64,000 nt of DNA from positions 8,864 through 72,863 of the IMG/VR virus record IMGVR_UViG_3300043410_001789, one strand, 5' to 3'. Within the stretch, counting starts at the first letter, position 1. Each line of letters starts with the position of its first letter. Source of the DNA: a virus. This document shows, in pieces, positions 20,601 to 30,400 of this stretch. The notes below the pieces were generated by a model. The model did no database searches, had not been told where the DNA came from, and saw only the letters and a program-made list of their open reading frames with translations. Position numbers and translations under genes: made by a program.

Positions 20601-20926
20601 AGTTTATTAAGGTTCTGAAGACCCTTGGCATTCTTAGCAAGAATAATAAGGTGGTTATAGTTTAGATCAAGTGGGTCGTTCTTGTCTTTCTTGTCTTCAT
20701 GGTCGAAGCGATCCTTAGTAATGTACCCCTCAATGCCTAGGATTGGCTTAATGCCCTTTTCCTTAGCTACACGATACATTTCACGGTGTCCAGATAGTGA
20801 ACCGTGGTCAGTAATGGCGATGGCTGGCATACCGATTTCTACAGCTCTATCCACATATTCCTGTGGGGTTGCAATGCCATCGAAGAGGCTGTAGTGAGTG
20901 TGAACATGAAGTCCAGCGTAACTCAT
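17648..20926 (-). CDS. dnaE: DNA polymerase III alpha subunit (family C)
   Basis: PHP domain LHVHTHYS and AITDHG; GRGSAAGS, PDIDTD, HAAGVV and FNKSHA. Confidence 0.97.
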   Translation of the reverse strand: MSYAGLHVHTHYSLFDGIATPQEYVDRAVEIGMPAIAITDHGSLSGHREMYRVAKEKGIKPILGIEGYITKDRFDHEDKKDKNDPLDLNYNHLIILAKNAKGLQNLNKLNELAWTEGFFKKPRMDWEILAKYKEGLIITSGCLSGYLAKAIEADNLAAAKMHLKWAQETFGDDYYIEVMPHNPPEVNKTILALADEFGLKPIVTPDCHHADTSQREIQELKLILNSYSNKTVKDVSYEKSAKMENLMDRLDYLYGADRQMTFRDFEIHLLSDEEMHKAMEAQGIDRQDMYDNTIEIVDKIEDYKIKDHLDLLPVQYQNPNEELMALALDGLKEKGLDTNEEYLKRLDEEMEVIKDKNFGPYFLVVRSMIAWAKKEDIMVGPGRGSAAGSLLCYALGITDIDPIEHGLLFFRFINPERNDFPDIDTDIQDSRREEVKDYLVRQYKHVASIATFLEFKGKGIVRDIARTLMIPLTDVNKVLKTIDDWDDYCTSKQAAWFREKYPEIEQYGELLRGRIRGTGIHAAGVVTSKQPIFKYAPLETRTSPGNKERIPVVAVDMEEAERIGLIKIDALGLKTLSVIQDTLKIIKERTAESINLHKINMEDKNIYQMLSDGYTKGVFQCEATPYTNLLVKMGVKNFAELAASNALVRPGAMNTIGKDYIARKHGKQNISYHHQVMKSFTSETYGCILYQEQVMLACTELGGMTMAEADKVRKIIGKKKDAKEFDQFKDQFVKGASQFLRPEVAEELWHDFEAHAGYSFNKSHAVAYSTLSYWTAWLKYYYPIEFMYSLLKNEGDKDARTEYLIEAKRMGIPIRLPHINDSDIDFKIEGKGIRFGLSAIKFISDNIASKYMAARPFSSYKELEEFTFGKGNGVNSRALQALRLVGAATFEDNPRNDEEVRENLYEYLNLPEFNVSIPQHYHAFINEIDEFEEKGAFVLMGMVKGIKRGSGWSRVEILDKTGSVGIFDEEQTTIESGKTYIILASDNRIVSAIPVEDIKNNDSGLIKMLSYKQLPYKDEEMFVVSFKPRVTKAGKKMASLVLADTSRDLHSVTVFPTNFSKAYMKIDEGKPYKFTLGKTKDGTTIMEDVENV

Positions 20927-20955
20927 ATATTTTCCTTTACGTTTGTTGTTATAAA

Positions 20956-20984
20956 ATTATGACAGAATATTTTTGAAAAGTCAA
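20956..20984 (-). promoter_or_regulatory. promoter for dnaE
   Basis: TTGACT-17 nt-CATAAT. Confidence 0.6.
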
Positions 20985-20988
20985 TAGC

Positions 20989-21013
20989 AAAAGAGGGCAG
21001 ATTTGCTCTGCCC
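20989..21013 (-). terminator. intrinsic terminator after the SSB-like gene
   Basis: GGGCAGA/TCTGCCC stem followed by TCTTTT on the minus strand. Confidence 0.6.
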
Positions 21014-21030
21014 CCTTAGCTATTTGATTA

Positions 21031-21687
21031 TTACCAATCGGCGTTAGACGATGTAATTGACGAACCAGTGTCAAAGCCGAAGTAGAATGCTTCCTGCTCT
21101 GCATAAGGAACCTCACGAACAACCTTTTCAAGGTTGAAGAACTCGTGGCTTCCCCAGTTGAATGGTTCTGTATCTGGCTTTGTAGGCAATAGGGTATAGT
21201 TAGTCTCAGTTCCCTGTCCGTTACGCTTTAGCTTCCAGGTTAGGTTTGAGATAGAGCCAGTCTCAAGTGCATACTCACGAATAGTGTTGAATGCAGACTG
21301 CTTTGAAATACCCTGCGACCATACAGCAACATATGGATCCTCTAGACCATCCTTAACAAGGACGTTGCAGTAGAAACGAAGACGTGAACGCCATCCTGCC
21401 TTTGGCTCCTTACGAGCCATCTCACAACCATAGCAACGACCCTCAGTCTCCATGGTACATGCAGCCTTACGCTTATAATCCTTTGGATTCTGGTGTTCTG
21501 CAATTACCACAGATAGGCCACGCTCTGCTGAGTAGCTGGCTGAATCTTCATCTAGTTCTTCTACGAAACGGATCTCTGCTGCCTGGCCATCTGCCAACTT
21601 TACCCAGCGAACCTTCTGCCCAGTAGCCTCAAACTTTGGCTTATCAAGCAGGGCACTGATATCCTTTAGTCCCTTAATAACGCTCAT
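21031..21687 (-). CDS. gp32-like single-stranded DNA-binding protein
   Basis: H...C...CYGC zinc site, KLKRNGQGTETNY and acidic/aromatic C-terminus; sits between primase and polymerase. Confidence 0.65.
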   Translation of the reverse strand: MSVIKGLKDISALLDKPKFEATGQKVRWVKLADGQAAEIRFVEELDEDSASYSAERGLSVVIAEHQNPKDYKRKAACTMETEGRCYGCEMARKEPKAGWRSRLRFYCNVLVKDGLEDPYVAVWSQGISKQSAFNTIREYALETGSISNLTWKLKRNGQGTETNYTLLPTKPDTEPFNWGSHEFFNLEKVVREVPYAEQEAFYFGFDTGSSITSSNADW

Positions 21688-21714
21688 TTTTTCTCCTATA
21701 TTTGTTTTGGTTTT

Positions 21715-22659
21715 TTATTTTAGCATACCTGAGATAACTTTGTCAAATGATTCGTCAATATTTTTTATTGCTTCATCTGACATATCTCCAATATCTTTAT
21801 ATTGTTTATCTAATTTAATAACGCTAACACGAGAGCCAAGACGTTCTACGATCTTTTCTTTCATGTTACCGCCTGCTTCATCATTATCAGCAATAACGAT
21901 TATGTTATTGAAGTATTTTTGTAGTAGGTCTGTTTGGAAATTGGATACATTGGCACCCAATGTCGCTACCGCTGGAAAACCGCATTGGTCTAGGCGAATA
22001 GCATCGAATGATGATTCTACCACATAGACCTTTCCTGCAGTCTTTACACGGTGAAGATTAAATAGGACCTTGCTTTTTGGCAATCCTGGAGTATTCTTAA
22101 AATCTTTGCCCTCAACAGAACGACCAACAAATCCAACCTCAGTTCCATCTGGTGAATGAACTGGAATCGTAACCATATCTTGCTTGTCGGAGTATCCGAG
22201 GCTAAACTTTTTAACAGAGTCTTCTGTAATTGATCTACCAGAATAGTAACGCATAGCACGTGGGGACTCAAGTGCTTGCTGGTTTAGTCTTTTAATTAAA
22301 ACCTGATCATACTGAACATAGTCTGGCTTTTCAATAAGCTTGACATTAATTTCATCTTCAAGATTTGATTCTGTTTCTTTTGACTTAATAAAGCGTACCG
22401 CTTCAAAGTAACTTCTGCCAGAAACATGCATTACTAGTTCTACCATATCGCAAACGTGCTGGCAAGAAAAACAAAAGAAGAATCCAGTATTTTTGTCAAC
22501 TTCTCCTGCTGGAGAACGGTGATTATTGTGGAATGGACAAAAGATAATATAGTCTGAATCTACTTCTGATTCGATTGTGATACCTGAGCCTGCGACAACT
22601 CGCTTGATTTGCTCTTTTGTATAGGAACTACCCTTGTTCCATCTATTCCTTGTATCCAC
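21715..22659 (-). CDS. dnaG: DNA primase (CHC2 zinc finger plus TOPRIM)
   Basis: CPFH...CFSC, VVESSFDAI, DNDEAG and KDIGD. Confidence 0.9.
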   Translation of the reverse strand: MDTRNRWNKGSSYTKEQIKRVVAGSGITIESEVDSDYIIFCPFHNNHRSPAGEVDKNTGFFFCFSCQHVCDMVELVMHVSGRSYFEAVRFIKSKETESNLEDEINVKLIEKPDYVQYDQVLIKRLNQQALESPRAMRYYSGRSITEDSVKKFSLGYSDKQDMVTIPVHSPDGTEVGFVGRSVEGKDFKNTPGLPKSKVLFNLHRVKTAGKVYVVESSFDAIRLDQCGFPAVATLGANVSNFQTDLLQKYFNNIIVIADNDEAGGNMKEKIVERLGSRVSVIKLDKQYKDIGDMSDEAIKNIDESFDKVISGMLK

Positions 22660-22910
22660 TCTGCCTGCTTTTTTCCTAAATATATTCCGTATACTGATAA
22701 TGTAAATTCAAATATGTCTTTGATATCATTATACCGTATTGTGAAGTCTGGGTCAAGCTCAAATTTTTGAACATATCCAGCCAGTCTCATTTCAGTCTCA
22801 ATCAGTTTTATATATTCTGACCTTAATCTAGGGATGGCGGAGTCATCATGTATTACACCAGATAACGAAAACCTTTTTATGGGTTTATGATGCATATTGA
22901 TCATACACAT
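22560..22910 (-). CDS. hypothetical protein
   Basis: ORF with upstream TATAAT; overlaps the primase 5' end. Confidence 0.6.
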   Translation of the reverse strand: MCMINMHHKPIKRFSLSGVIHDDSAIPRLRSEYIKLIETEMRLAGYVQKFELDPDFTIRYNDIKDIFEFTLSVYGIYLGKKQAEWIQGIDGTRVVPIQKSKSSELSQAQVSQSNQK

Positions 22911-22918
22911 AATTATAA

Positions 22919-24139
22919 CTAGTTATCTTCGTAATCCTTGTACTTGTACCAGCCTTTATCAAAGTCTACCTGAACCAAGAACTCACCCATAAATCCATTT
23001 CGGTTTTTACGGAAAACACACTCAATAATATCTGAATTGGTGCCACGACCCAAAGCCATTACCCAGTCAGCATCGTATGCAATCTGGCGTGACCAAGCAG
23101 TTTGTCCAAGTGTAGGAACTGTGTCCAGTTTAGTCACATCGTCTGGTGTAGCTGACGAGATAGCAATAATGGGAACCTCTTCTGCAATAGCCAAAAGTTT
23201 TAGCTCACGAGACAGGTTCTTCATGCGAACCGTTTCGTTATCTGACTTTTGGTTTGGACTCATAAGCTGTAGGTAGTCAACAATAATGAAGTCTGGTTTA
23301 TACTGGTCAATCTTTCCTCTAATAACGCTTGGCGTTACTTCTCCACCCTGGTCATTTGATATAATGTGAAATTCTGGTTTTCCAGCAAGTTCTTTTGAAT
23401 GCCAACGCTTAAGATCGTCAATCTCTACCTGGCCATTTGATAGCTTGCGATGTGAGAATAGTCCCTCACCCATAATAGTAAATACACGGTTACGAACTTC
23501 TGTCTCACTCATTTCAAGCGAGATTACTAGTGGTGACTTGCCCTGCTTCCATGCCTGGACTGCAAAGTATAGTGATAGCCAAGACTTACCAATACCTGGG
23601 TAGGCTAGGAAGACACCAAGCTGTCCTGGCATAATACCAGCAGGTAGATAGTTATCAAATCCTGGAAGACCAGTCTTGATACCAATTGCACCAAGTTCTT
23701 GCTGTGCCTTTAGGTTTTGATAATAAGCAATAGCATCATCAATATCTGTTACGTCAATATCACGAATTACGGCTGTATTCTTCTTAAGCTCTGATGTCTT
23801 TTGGATTAGTTCTTCTAGTGCTTTTGGACCTTCTCCAGCCTGCACCTCTGATGCAGCTGTTCTAATAATGTCCTTAATACTGTCGTTTAGGTATTCAGCC
23901 TGAAGTTCTTCTAGGTGATATTTTGTAGCACCAATACCATCTACTGGGGCAAAGTCTCTAAATTTCTCTACTACTAAAGATACTGGTGGAACAGACGCAT
24001 TCATTTCAGAGTAGTTGCGAATAAACTTCCAGATATCATTATGTGTTCTCATAATGTTCTCAACGTTTGCTTGTAGCAAAACGTGCACCTGCTTATCCTG
24101 CAGTACTGCCGAAATTAGCTTAGCTTCTGTATTACTCAT
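22919..24139 (-). CDS. dnaB: DnaB-like replicative helicase
   Basis: AYPGIGKS, SLEMS, IVDYLQLM, YDAD and KNRNG. Confidence 0.93.
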   Translation of the reverse strand: MSNTEAKLISAVLQDKQVHVLLQANVENIMRTHNDIWKFIRNYSEMNASVPPVSLVVEKFRDFAPVDGIGATKYHLEELQAEYLNDSIKDIIRTAASEVQAGEGPKALEELIQKTSELKKNTAVIRDIDVTDIDDAIAYYQNLKAQQELGAIGIKTGLPGFDNYLPAGIMPGQLGVFLAYPGIGKSWLSLYFAVQAWKQGKSPLVISLEMSETEVRNRVFTIMGEGLFSHRKLSNGQVEIDDLKRWHSKELAGKPEFHIISNDQGGEVTPSVIRGKIDQYKPDFIIVDYLQLMSPNQKSDNETVRMKNLSRELKLLAIAEEVPIIAISSATPDDVTKLDTVPTLGQTAWSRQIAYDADWVMALGRGTNSDIIECVFRKNRNGFMGEFLVQVDFDKGWYKYKDYEDN

Positions 24140-24440
24140 TTAACCACTGCTGTGCCATCTTCCTACGCACAGCCCTCTCATTAATGTCGTTTTGGATTTG
24201 CTCACGTTTTTCAATTATGTCGTGAGCATAGTTTGCAAAATATTTCCATGCTGGATTTTGTGCTACCTGAAAATAATATTCTAGCAGATCATAGCAAAAT
24301 GGTAAACCATAGGATTCAATTAGGGCATCTGCTGCCCATTGTTCTACATTCAGATTTAGCAATGGCTTTGATTCATAGTGCTGTGAGTGCAGCTTAGAAT
24401 ATCTTGAAAGCAAAGCCATGCGGTCTTTGCGTTCTGCCAT
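24132..24440 (-). CDS. hypothetical protein (helicase-associated by position)
   Basis: Coupled to dnaB. Confidence 0.65.
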   Translation of the reverse strand: MAERKDRMALLSRYSKLHSQHYESKPLLNLNVEQWAADALIESYGLPFCYDLLEYYFQVAQNPAWKYFANYAHDIIEKREQIQNDINERAVRRKMAQQWLNE

Positions 24441-24649
24441 TACTTACTCTCTATCTCCGAAGCAGCCTCTTGAACCTTTTCTGATAGCTTGGCCTCTACA
24501 AAGTTATAGACACGCTCAAAAGCATCATTAATATTTTCTCCCTCACGGCGATTATCTGTTACAGATAGATCAATGCGTAGTGATTGAAAGTTGCCCAAAT
24601 TGAGCGTATACCCAAGGCCTACAGATACCTTAGTTTCTTCGTTATTCAT
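24440..24649 (-). CDS. conserved small phage protein
   Basis: GYTLNLGNFQSLRID motif. Confidence 0.7.
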   Translation of the reverse strand: MNNEETKVSVGLGYTLNLGNFQSLRIDLSVTDNRREGENINDAFERVYNFVEAKLSEKVQEAASEIESK

Positions 24650-24671
24650 ACCCTGTTCCTTTCAAGAACAA

Positions 24672-25211
24672 TTAAATTGATTCTGACCAAATCGGGATAT
24701 AGCGTCCGTCTTCAGTTCTTGTATAAGTCAGTATACCATCTCCCATACGCCTTGTCAACTCTTGTCTTGTGGGAGTTATGTCATTAGTAATTAACTTATC
24801 ATTACGTGGCCTACCAATATGATAGGTAGCAAGTATATCACGAATTTCTCTAACTTGCGACTCTGAATAATAAGATCTTACTTGCCATCCAGTTGCCCCA
24901 CCTTTTTGAGATCCTGTGGGAAATGGGATCACGCCACGATTCATTAAATTTGGCATATATTTTTTGTGTCTATTGACTAACTGTGCTGTTTCTCCAACAG
25001 TGTAGGCTCTTTCACGATTTTTCTTAAAATCATTAATTAAACAACTTTCAATCTGATCTTTTGTAATATTATAGACAGACATTATGCCATTTGATTTATT
25101 TAAATGGTGTACCCTGACAAGATCTCCATTCAGAAACCAGACTTTTTTACTGCCAGGGATGACTGGGGCATCATTATAACCATCATCACCTATGGAACCT
25201 CTTTTGGTCAT
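24672..25211 (-). CDS. MerR-like HTH DNA-binding protein
   Basis: YTVGETAQLVNR...RSYYSESQV. Confidence 0.6.
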   Translation of the reverse strand: MTKRGSIGDDGYNDAPVIPGSKKVWFLNGDLVRVHHLNKSNGIMSVYNITKDQIESCLINDFKKNRERAYTVGETAQLVNRHKKYMPNLMNRGVIPFPTGSQKGGATGWQVRSYYSESQVREIRDILATYHIGRPRNDKLITNDITPTRQELTRRMGDGILTYTRTEDGRYIPIWSESI

Positions 25212-25216
25212 GGTAA

Positions 25217-25669
25217 TTAGTTTCCAGGTATACCTACAACAATTAGGTTAACTCCAACTGATACGTCACCAGCTGAGTTAAATCTTACAACACCGAATAC
25301 TTTAGAGGTGCTAACCTCTTTAATAACTACTGATAGGTTTTGTCCTGCAGTTGTCTTTTTAATATTAACTGGTGTAGCAGTAACAATTGGAGCATAGGCA
25401 AATTCTCCAACCTGAAAATCGTATGAGAATTCTTTTTCAAATCCAGCAGTCACAGTTGTGTTTGAAACAACATCAACATAGCCACCAATTATTCTAGCAT
25501 CTGAGGTTCTAACGCTTTGTCTACCAGAAGCTGGTGTATCTACTGTTACATATTTGTATGATGATGTTGGCATGACCGAAGCAGCAATATTGTTTACAGC
25601 TGTAACAATGTCTGAAATATAGGTTAGGTCAATTGGTTGACCTCGTTGTGGTAGTGGTAGTTTAGCCAT
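25217..25669 (-). CDS. putative tail tip/fibre protein
   Basis: Beta-rich C-terminus (FAYAPIVTAT...NLIVVG); last gene of the tail block. Confidence 0.55.
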   Translation of the reverse strand: MAKLPLPQRGQPIDLTYISDIVTAVNNIAASVMPTSSYKYVTVDTPASGRQSVRTSDARIIGGYVDVVSNTTVTAGFEKEFSYDFQVGEFAYAPIVTATPVNIKKTTAGQNLSVVIKEVSTSKVFGVVRFNSAGDVSVGVNLIVVGIPGN

Positions 25670-25702
25670 AGTATAAGTATATCATTAAACTCTATAGAAT
25701 AC

Positions 25703-25861
25703 CTAGTTTTTAGGTAATATGTATATTGGAGACCAGTGTGATGCCCTGTTTTTATCTTCAGAGATTATTCTAAATCTAAGTACAACACTGTTTGGCACTG
25801 TAGTAGATGCTGGAATATTGGCACTAGGGATAACGACTTTCTTTATATTTTCAGTTGCCAT
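25703..25861 (-). CDS. small tail-block protein (52 aa, not in the ORF track)
   Basis: TAATG-coupled; MATENIKKVVIPSANIPASTTVPNSVVLRFRIISEDKNRASHWSPIYILPKN. Confidence 0.6.
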   Translation of the reverse strand: MATENIKKVVIPSANIPASTTVPNSVVLRFRIISEDKNRASHWSPIYILPKN

Positions 25862-27012
25862 TACTGTACCGCCATTGCAAATCTAAATTCTATGAAATTT
25901 GAAGTATTGGCTAGCTTAACAACTGTTTGACCATCTGAGGTTCTTATAGCTGAGTAACCAACTAATCCATAGAGTGGGTTGGTAGATGAAACATTTTCTA
26001 GCCTAATGGCATCTAGAGCTACATAGAAATCCTGAGTTGGCTCTCCATTGTTAATTACAGAAGCATAAATTCTTACAACATCTACAGAATTCCAAGTAAA
26101 GTCGGAGCTAGTAACTAGATTTTTGAGTTGGGTAGTTGCCAAGAAATATCTATTTGATGAAAAATCTACATCATCTACTCCATCCTCCAACATAAACTCA
26201 AAATTACAATATGCTGCATTCTCTGACTCAGATGATGCGAACTGTACCAAAATCTTTACAGCATCTGGATTTCCAAAATCAAGTTCTTTATTAACAATAG
26301 AAAAGGCTAATCTCAATTCATCTTCTGGTGAATTTTTGCTTAGATCTATATTTTGACCAGTAACATGTATATGATCTGATGCTGTTGTTGGTTGCCAAGG
26401 TGAGGATGTAGAATTTATTTCTGAAGTGTCTCCAGATATCATAATAATATTATTTAAAAATCTAGATCTTTCATATCTAGCAATTCTGTCAGTATCTCCA
26501 AAAACTCTATTATCTGCATTGGTATAGAAAACCTTTGGGAGCAATCCCTTGCTTATGTCAGCATCATCATAAATATTGTTATCATTGTTATCTCCATCTA
26601 GTGGACCATACCTTTGCTGAATGGTGTTTGGGGATACTCCATGCTGGTGATATAACCATCCATCTTCTATAGAGAATGAATATAGTGTTTTGCTATCATA
26701 TAGTCCTAGGGCTGGATCAGATGCTGCTGAGTATATTCCAACTTCGGTAATTTCATATCTTTCTTCTGATGGAAGTTCAGCAGTTAGAACTACTTTTGAT
26801 ATACCGTTTTCAGTTACATAACCTCTGGAAACGATTGGAACTCTAAACATTTCCATGTCCAGATTTGTTTTATTTGAAAAATCTACTGCTCCTGGAGTAA
26901 GTGAATTATTAATTGGATTTGAACCACAACCAACAGCAACATATGACGCATAGGCTGGAGTCTGACCAATAAGATATTTGGCCATAATTGACTTTCCTGT
27001 GTTAGTTATCAT
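25861..27012 (-). CDS. tail/baseplate protein
   Basis: MITNTGK...AVGCG...ITEVGIY, a tail-collar-like N-terminus. Confidence 0.65.
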   Translation of the reverse strand: MITNTGKSIMAKYLIGQTPAYASYVAVGCGSNPINNSLTPGAVDFSNKTNLDMEMFRVPIVSRGYVTENGISKVVLTAELPSEERYEITEVGIYSAASDPALGLYDSKTLYSFSIEDGWLYHQHGVSPNTIQQRYGPLDGDNNDNNIYDDADISKGLLPKVFYTNADNRVFGDTDRIARYERSRFLNNIIMISGDTSEINSTSSPWQPTTASDHIHVTGQNIDLSKNSPEDELRLAFSIVNKELDFGNPDAVKILVQFASSESENAAYCNFEFMLEDGVDDVDFSSNRYFLATTQLKNLVTSSDFTWNSVDVVRIYASVINNGEPTQDFYVALDAIRLENVSSTNPLYGLVGYSAIRTSDGQTVVKLANTSNFIEFRFAMAVQ

Positions 27013-27021
27013 AATGTTCTC

Positions 27022-27480
27022 CTAATATATTGTATCATCTAGAATGCTTCCAGAGGTAATAAACTCAATCTCTACCTGTTCATCTTTTGCTATATTTGCC
27101 AAAGATATTATCAGGTTGTTGTTTGCATCCAACTGAACTGGCTTTACGCTGTTTGGCATTTTGTTTTGTAAGTCTATGCTAAAGTTTAAAAAATGTGAGT
27201 CTGAAGTGGCACCCAAAGCAAGTAGATTCTTTGCATTATATTGATATGAAATATAAGACAAATTTTTAATTGGCTGATATACAACATTTTGACCATTTAT
27301 TAGATCATTTCTAGATATATTAATAATCTCTTGCCCACCGATATCTTCAAAGATTAAATCGGTCATCATTTCAATAGGCATTTCAGAATCATTTTGAAGG
27401 ATAATGTCTGGCCTAGCTATTTTGATTGCTGGCATTGATGGTGACACACCTGTTGGCAAATTAGGTACTGCATCTACCAT
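27022..27480 (-). CDS. minor tail protein (putative)
   Basis: Coupled within the tail block. Confidence 0.55.
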   Translation of the reverse strand: MVDAVPNLPTGVSPSMPAIKIARPDIILQNDSEMPIEMMTDLIFEDIGGQEIINISRNDLINGQNVVYQPIKNLSYISYQYNAKNLLALGATSDSHFLNFSIDLQNKMPNSVKPVQLDANNNLIISLANIAKDEQVEIEFITSGSILDDTIY

Positions 27481-30400
27481 TATGCTACCTCACTTAAGAA
27501 TATTGTCATTTTGGGTCCACTAGAATCTTTAGAATACTCAATATTATACACTATAAACCTTGTATCCTTTGAAGCGATTTCACGGTTGTCTTTTGGCGTA
27601 GTATAGTCTATCTTGACTATATCCCCAAGTTGAATAGTTGGCATAGCAAAAACAGACAATCCTACAGACTTTCTTGGTTTCATTACCCTATCAACTATCC
27701 ATCCCATTAGTTGTTTTGCATCATCTTGGCTTTGGATATATGGTGCTTCAAGGGAGAATTCTTTATTCCCATATGTGAATCTACTTGAACGAATATCGTT
27801 AAATCTTTCTTTTAACTTAAGTGGTGAATAGGCATTTTCTATTTTACCTAGTCCAGTTTGTGATAGATCAGATACGCTATTAAAGTAGTTATCTACTGTT
27901 AACTCATTAGTTGTTTGTTGTGTAAAGGTTACTCCCTGGATTCTTAGGTAGTTACCGCTAGCTGAGTCAAGGCTTAATGCAAAATCAGTACAGTTAAATA
28001 CTAGGAACTCTGCACCATATGGGGATGGCTTAAAGCCAGATACAGCATACCCCTTTAGTCTATTGAATGTTGGAGAAATCTGTGCACTCAATGCAGGAAA
28101 AGCTTTGTCATATTTAATATTAAAATAAGATGCTTCTCTTAGAATTGTTCCAAATTCTTCGAAATAAATATCATGTGTTGGCGGTTCTGATGCACTAATA
28201 CCTGATAAGTATGTTGATTGAAGAACTCCACTAAGAGCATATTTTCTGAATGACTCACTTGCAAGAATTTCATTCATATCAAATACGTTACTTGCAGGAA
28301 GATCACTAGCAAAGTTAGTTGTCTTTGAATAGTTATTTGCTAGAGCATATATGTTTTCAAAGTAGCATCTTGCCGAGCCACGAATAAATAGGGCTGCATT
28401 ATTGTATACAGGCAATGGATCTGTATCTTCTACAACTGCTACCATTGTATTATTTATATATAGATAAAATTTACGAATAGCTCCAACGTCTTCATATTCC
28501 ACAGATAGGTCATATACTGATGTCTTATCTTCTCCAACAATTCTTGACTGCCCTGTAAATCTTCCATCATCAACGTTGATTCCTGTAAGTCCTGCCCAAA
28601 GCCTAATTGGTACAGCAATGTCCTTGTCTGAGGTTGCAGAGTTATTTCTTTTTACTTTATAAAAAAGAACGTTATAGATATTGTTAGCCGTTGAGCTAGA
28701 ACTAAATGAGTTTTGTGTAAGTGCAGCTATTTCAAAATAGTATCCGTTGTTGGTTTTTGGATTTATTAATACCGCCAAACCTCCAGAAGATCCACCAACC
28801 TTTACTGACTCATTAGCTGTTGCACCATTAATGCTGAAGTAAGATGATCCACCAAATGGAGATTGATCCTGGGTTTCATTATTTTCAACTCTACCAATAA
28901 TTCTCATTCTTGTTCCAAAGTGCTTAAACTTAGAATTCATTGGCTTGTATACATAAGATACATAGTCTACTGGGTTTTCAGTAGTTGTAAAGGCTGGTCC
29001 AGTCATTACAAGTGCAGACGATTGTACTGTGGCAGATTGAGTTGCTGTTAATTCGTTAACATTTGATTCACTCAGGTTAGAGGAACTCATGAAGTTCCTT
29101 ATGATTCCATTTCGGGTTGTCTTATTTGCTATATCAGTTATTCCTGCTGCACCTAGCTTAGTTGCAGGAACGTCTGTATCTGAGAATAAAGCTGAGAAGT
29201 TCATCTGACAACCCTTAATGTTGTCATTATTTCTCCAGTATTCTGATAGTCCTGCTTGGTGTGTTGTAATAGTAGTCCCAAACTGTCCACGACCATGCTT
29301 AGCTACTGGACCATTAAGATATTGTGTTTTTCCATCTACAGTTTCATAGTTTGGTTCTGCATAGATTCGTATTAGTCCTGTTGGAAATATCTTTGCATTA
29401 AATGGTAATTTAGAAAAATAGTTTGCGTATTCCTGTTCATCCCTGATCCAAACATTTGACTGTCCAGAAACTCCAGGCACACTATACTGTACTGCATCGT
29501 ACTTAATGACTTCACCGTTAGCATAAAAATATCCATTGTTTCTGGTGATCCAATAAATACCTTCGCCAAGATCAATGGTATTATTTACAATTGTATTGTT
29601 TTTAACCTGTGGCACATCCGCCGTGAGTGTGGTATTGAGTGGGATAGCAGAAAGAGTATATGCAGATTGCTGTGACACGACACCATTCATAGACTTGGTA
29701 TTGTTTGTTCCAGTAACTTCCCAAAGTAATGCTGGCTTGTATATCCAAGTTTTTTCTTTATCTAACAAACTTGATTGTCTGAGAGACCCATAAGACTTCT
29801 GAATAGATCTTTCAGCATAGTTTATCTTTCCATTATTAAACACCTTAGTATCCTGTGATGATATTTCAAGGATAGACTGTGGCGATAGGGTTGCAACCGA
29901 TGGCCTATTTGCTTCTGATGCCAACATATAGTCTTTGGTCATTACTACCAAATTATTATATTCATCAAAGAACATTGCACTTTGTGTTGAGACTGCCAAG
30001 TCGTTTAGAATTTTAGCAATAGTTTGATTTGGTCCAACAATAAAATTGGCTATAACTGGATCTTTTTCTGTAGCTAATCTCTTAAATACATAATTAGAAA
30101 ATCCAACACCATCTAGTAGTGTTGATACTGCATAACTAAGCGATACATTTTGCAAGAAAAATTCTGGTGAAATTGTTGACTCAAAATAAAAGAATGCATC
30201 TCTTAGATTAATAGATACTTCTCGTTTAGAAGAATTGATGCTTGGAAGGTTTTCTGAATATAGTGTTTTTATTGGTATGGTATAGTCATAGTCTCCTACC
30301 GCTAATACCGTTTCAAAAAATTTTATCTGAATATTATTATTTACATCAAATCCAGACACAAGGCTATCTTTATTAGATGGATTAAATGCTTCATCAACAT

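Noticed and set aside
9954-24139. Inteins or introns in terL, recA, dnaE and dnaB
   Set aside because: Lengths are normal, with no C...HN splice motifs or LAGLIDADG inserts seen
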